Shown here piece by piece: positions 63,237 to 64,000 of a stretch of DNA of 64,000 bases. A program made the position numbers and the translations under genes. The notes under the pieces are model-generated. The model was not told the origin of the DNA. It saw only the letters and a list, made by a program, of their open reading frames with translations, and ran no database searches. Position 1 is the stretch's first letter. Every line of letters begins with the position of its first letter. The DNA is taken from the NCBI GenBank assembly GCA_963699545.1, contig CAVOUE010000005.1, forward strand, positions 352,001-416,000, in the 5' to 3' direction. Source of the DNA: Nitrospirota bacterium. GTDB taxonomy: Bacteria; Nitrospirota; Thermodesulfovibrionia; Thermodesulfovibrionales; UBA9159.

Positions 63237-64000
63237 GTGGAAATCCCTATTATAGAAAAAGATTCTGAACTGAAATTCCCTCATTTTACTGTGCTGAAGG
63301 CGTCCGCAGGCTCAGGCAAGACCCACATGCTCACCAAGAGATTCGTACAGTTCATTCTTTCTGAAAAAATATCGAAGAACAGACTGCGGAATATTCTTGC
63401 AATAACCTTCTCGAACAATGCCGCCAAGGAAATGAGGGAGAAGATCATCGAGTGGCTCAAATTGCTTCATTTCGGCGATCCGGAAAAAACTGAACAAATG
63501 CTTGAGGCGGTCTCGATGGACCGGGAGAAACTGGCGGAGCGGGCCGGCCAGATGGTGGAGGAGATACTCTGGAATTACGCTGATTTTGAGGTGAGGACCA
63601 TAGACAGCTTCATGACATCGATCTTCAAGACTTCCGCCATCGACTTTGGATTCAATACTGAGTTCGATATCCTTATGAACAATGATGCGCTCATGGAATA
63701 CTCTTTTGATTTGTTCTTGAGGGGCGTCCGGGAGGGCACGCAAGAGACAGAACTCCTTCTCAGTATAGTCTCAGCGATCCAGGAAGGGAAACAGGGCCAG
63801 GAAGCCTATATGTGGGACCCGTCATCAGCACTCCTTGAAGAAGTGAAAAGCCTCTACGGAAAACTCTCGGCAACCGGCAAGAACCCTATGATAGAGGACT
63901 ACTCAGGAGCCTTTGACGATATAAAAAATGAGATAAGAACTGCCATCGACGGCCTTGAAAAAGTGGTCCTCAAGTCAGGGCTCGGAAAACGGGCAAACTC
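63237..64000 (+). CDS. AddA/RecB-like UvrD-family helicase (truncated by window end)
   Basis: Own translation: LKASAGSGKT, ILAITFSNNAAKEMREKI, VRTIDSF. Confidence 0.9.
   Translation, partial: MEIPIIEKDSELKFPHFTVLKASAGSGKTHMLTKRFVQFILSEKISKNRLRNILAITFSNNAAKEMREKIIEWLKLLHFGDPEKTEQMLEAVSMDREKLAERAGQMVEEILWNYADFEVRTIDSFMTSIFKTSAIDFGFNTEFDILMNNDALMEYSFDLFLRGVREGTQETELLLSIVSAIQEGKQGQEAYMWDPSSALLEEVKSLYGKLSATGKNPMIEDYSGAFDDIKNEIRTAIDGLEKVVLKSGLGKRAN

Noticed and set aside
63312-63743. 143-aa minus-strand ORF
   Set aside because: Antisense to the AddA-like helicase, which the ORF track missed because it runs off the window

Overview
A 64-kb bacterial chromosomal window. Gene order and protein style (6S-rny-ymdB, recA-pilT-recX-alaS, ffh-rpsP-khpA-trmD-rplS-rnhB, DsrC-like and MglA-like genes) suggest an anaerobic Nitrospirota/Thermodesulfovibrionia-like organism; this is inference. 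Many genes, including essential alaS, carry isolated indels, which points to an error-prone (long-read) assembly, so frameshifts are not treated as biology. Housekeeping blocks alternate with four accessory regions. (1) 0.25-2.9 kb: repeat-rich patch with a Cys-less DsrC/TusE homolog, two ORFs ending in -IGG, and a nucleotidyltransferase-type two-gene module bracketed by two matching inverted-repeat sites. (2) 21.4-30.7 kb: metal/oxyanion stress cluster. (3) 38.1-40.1 kb: islet with an ArsM-like methyltransferase that appears to be a selenoprotein (in-frame TGA plus SECIS-like hairpin), missed by the ORF track. (4) A 10.5-kb integrative, satellite-like element in tRNA-Val(GAC), with 55-bp att repeats, integrase arm sites, a GT9-type glycosyltransferase cargo and a replication gene with an unusual run of five in-frame TAA codons. 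Also notable are a bacterial homolog of the eukaryotic phosphohistidine phosphatase PHPT1, an orphan MglA with a membrane-targeting tail, and widespread leaderless-promoter architecture.
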